Of a DNA stretch of 64,000 nucleotides, positions 63,979 to 64,000 are shown piece after piece; position 1 is the stretch's first letter; the number at the start of each line of letters is the position of its first letter. This stretch comes from Eledone cirrhosa (lineage: Eukaryota). The notes under the pieces were generated by a model, which did not search any database, was not told the DNA's origin, and saw nothing but the letters and a program-made list of their open reading frames with translations. A program made the position numbers and the translations under genes. Location: assembly GCA_964016885.1 (NCBI GenBank), contig OZ024748.1:25296001-25360000 (forward strand). Reading direction: 5' to 3'.

Positions 63979-64000
63979 CGTCACACATTATGTGACCTCT

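Overview
AT-rich, intron-containing animal DNA. The repeat landscape points to a mollusc, most likely an octopod cephalopod (inferred from style only): (TA)n tracts, (GAT)n-tailed RTE LINEs and tRNA-derived SINEs. Protein-coding content: (1) the last five coding exons of a divergent SLC25A17/PMP34-like peroxisomal carrier on + (1749-17858), with one intron about 97% filled by an 8-kb 16-bp satellite; (2) a GT14 core-2/I-branching beta-1,6-GlcNAc-transferase (GCNT-like) on - (exons 49683-48567 and 44113-43842, plus a probable ATG-ending 29-nt micro-exon at 57518-57490); (3) a processed LPP/zyxin-family pseudogene (about 34141-35063). The most notable non-annotated signal is a dense set of type I hammerhead ribozyme motifs in small (TA)n-embedded, often fold-back, Penelope-like elements. 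There are seven well-formed motifs from four sequence families, two with the U3-A8 core variant and four arranged as sense/antisense pairs in perfect inverted repeats, plus several relics. Also present: a young 2.1-kb non-autonomous Gypsy-type LTR element (tRNA-Trp PBS, 4-bp TSD) whose LTRs are identical except at the terminal 18 bp, satellites derived from transposon parts, hAT and piggyBac-type MITEs, and Rex3-like and CRE-like LINE fragments. All calls were made by eye; no searches or folding programs were run.
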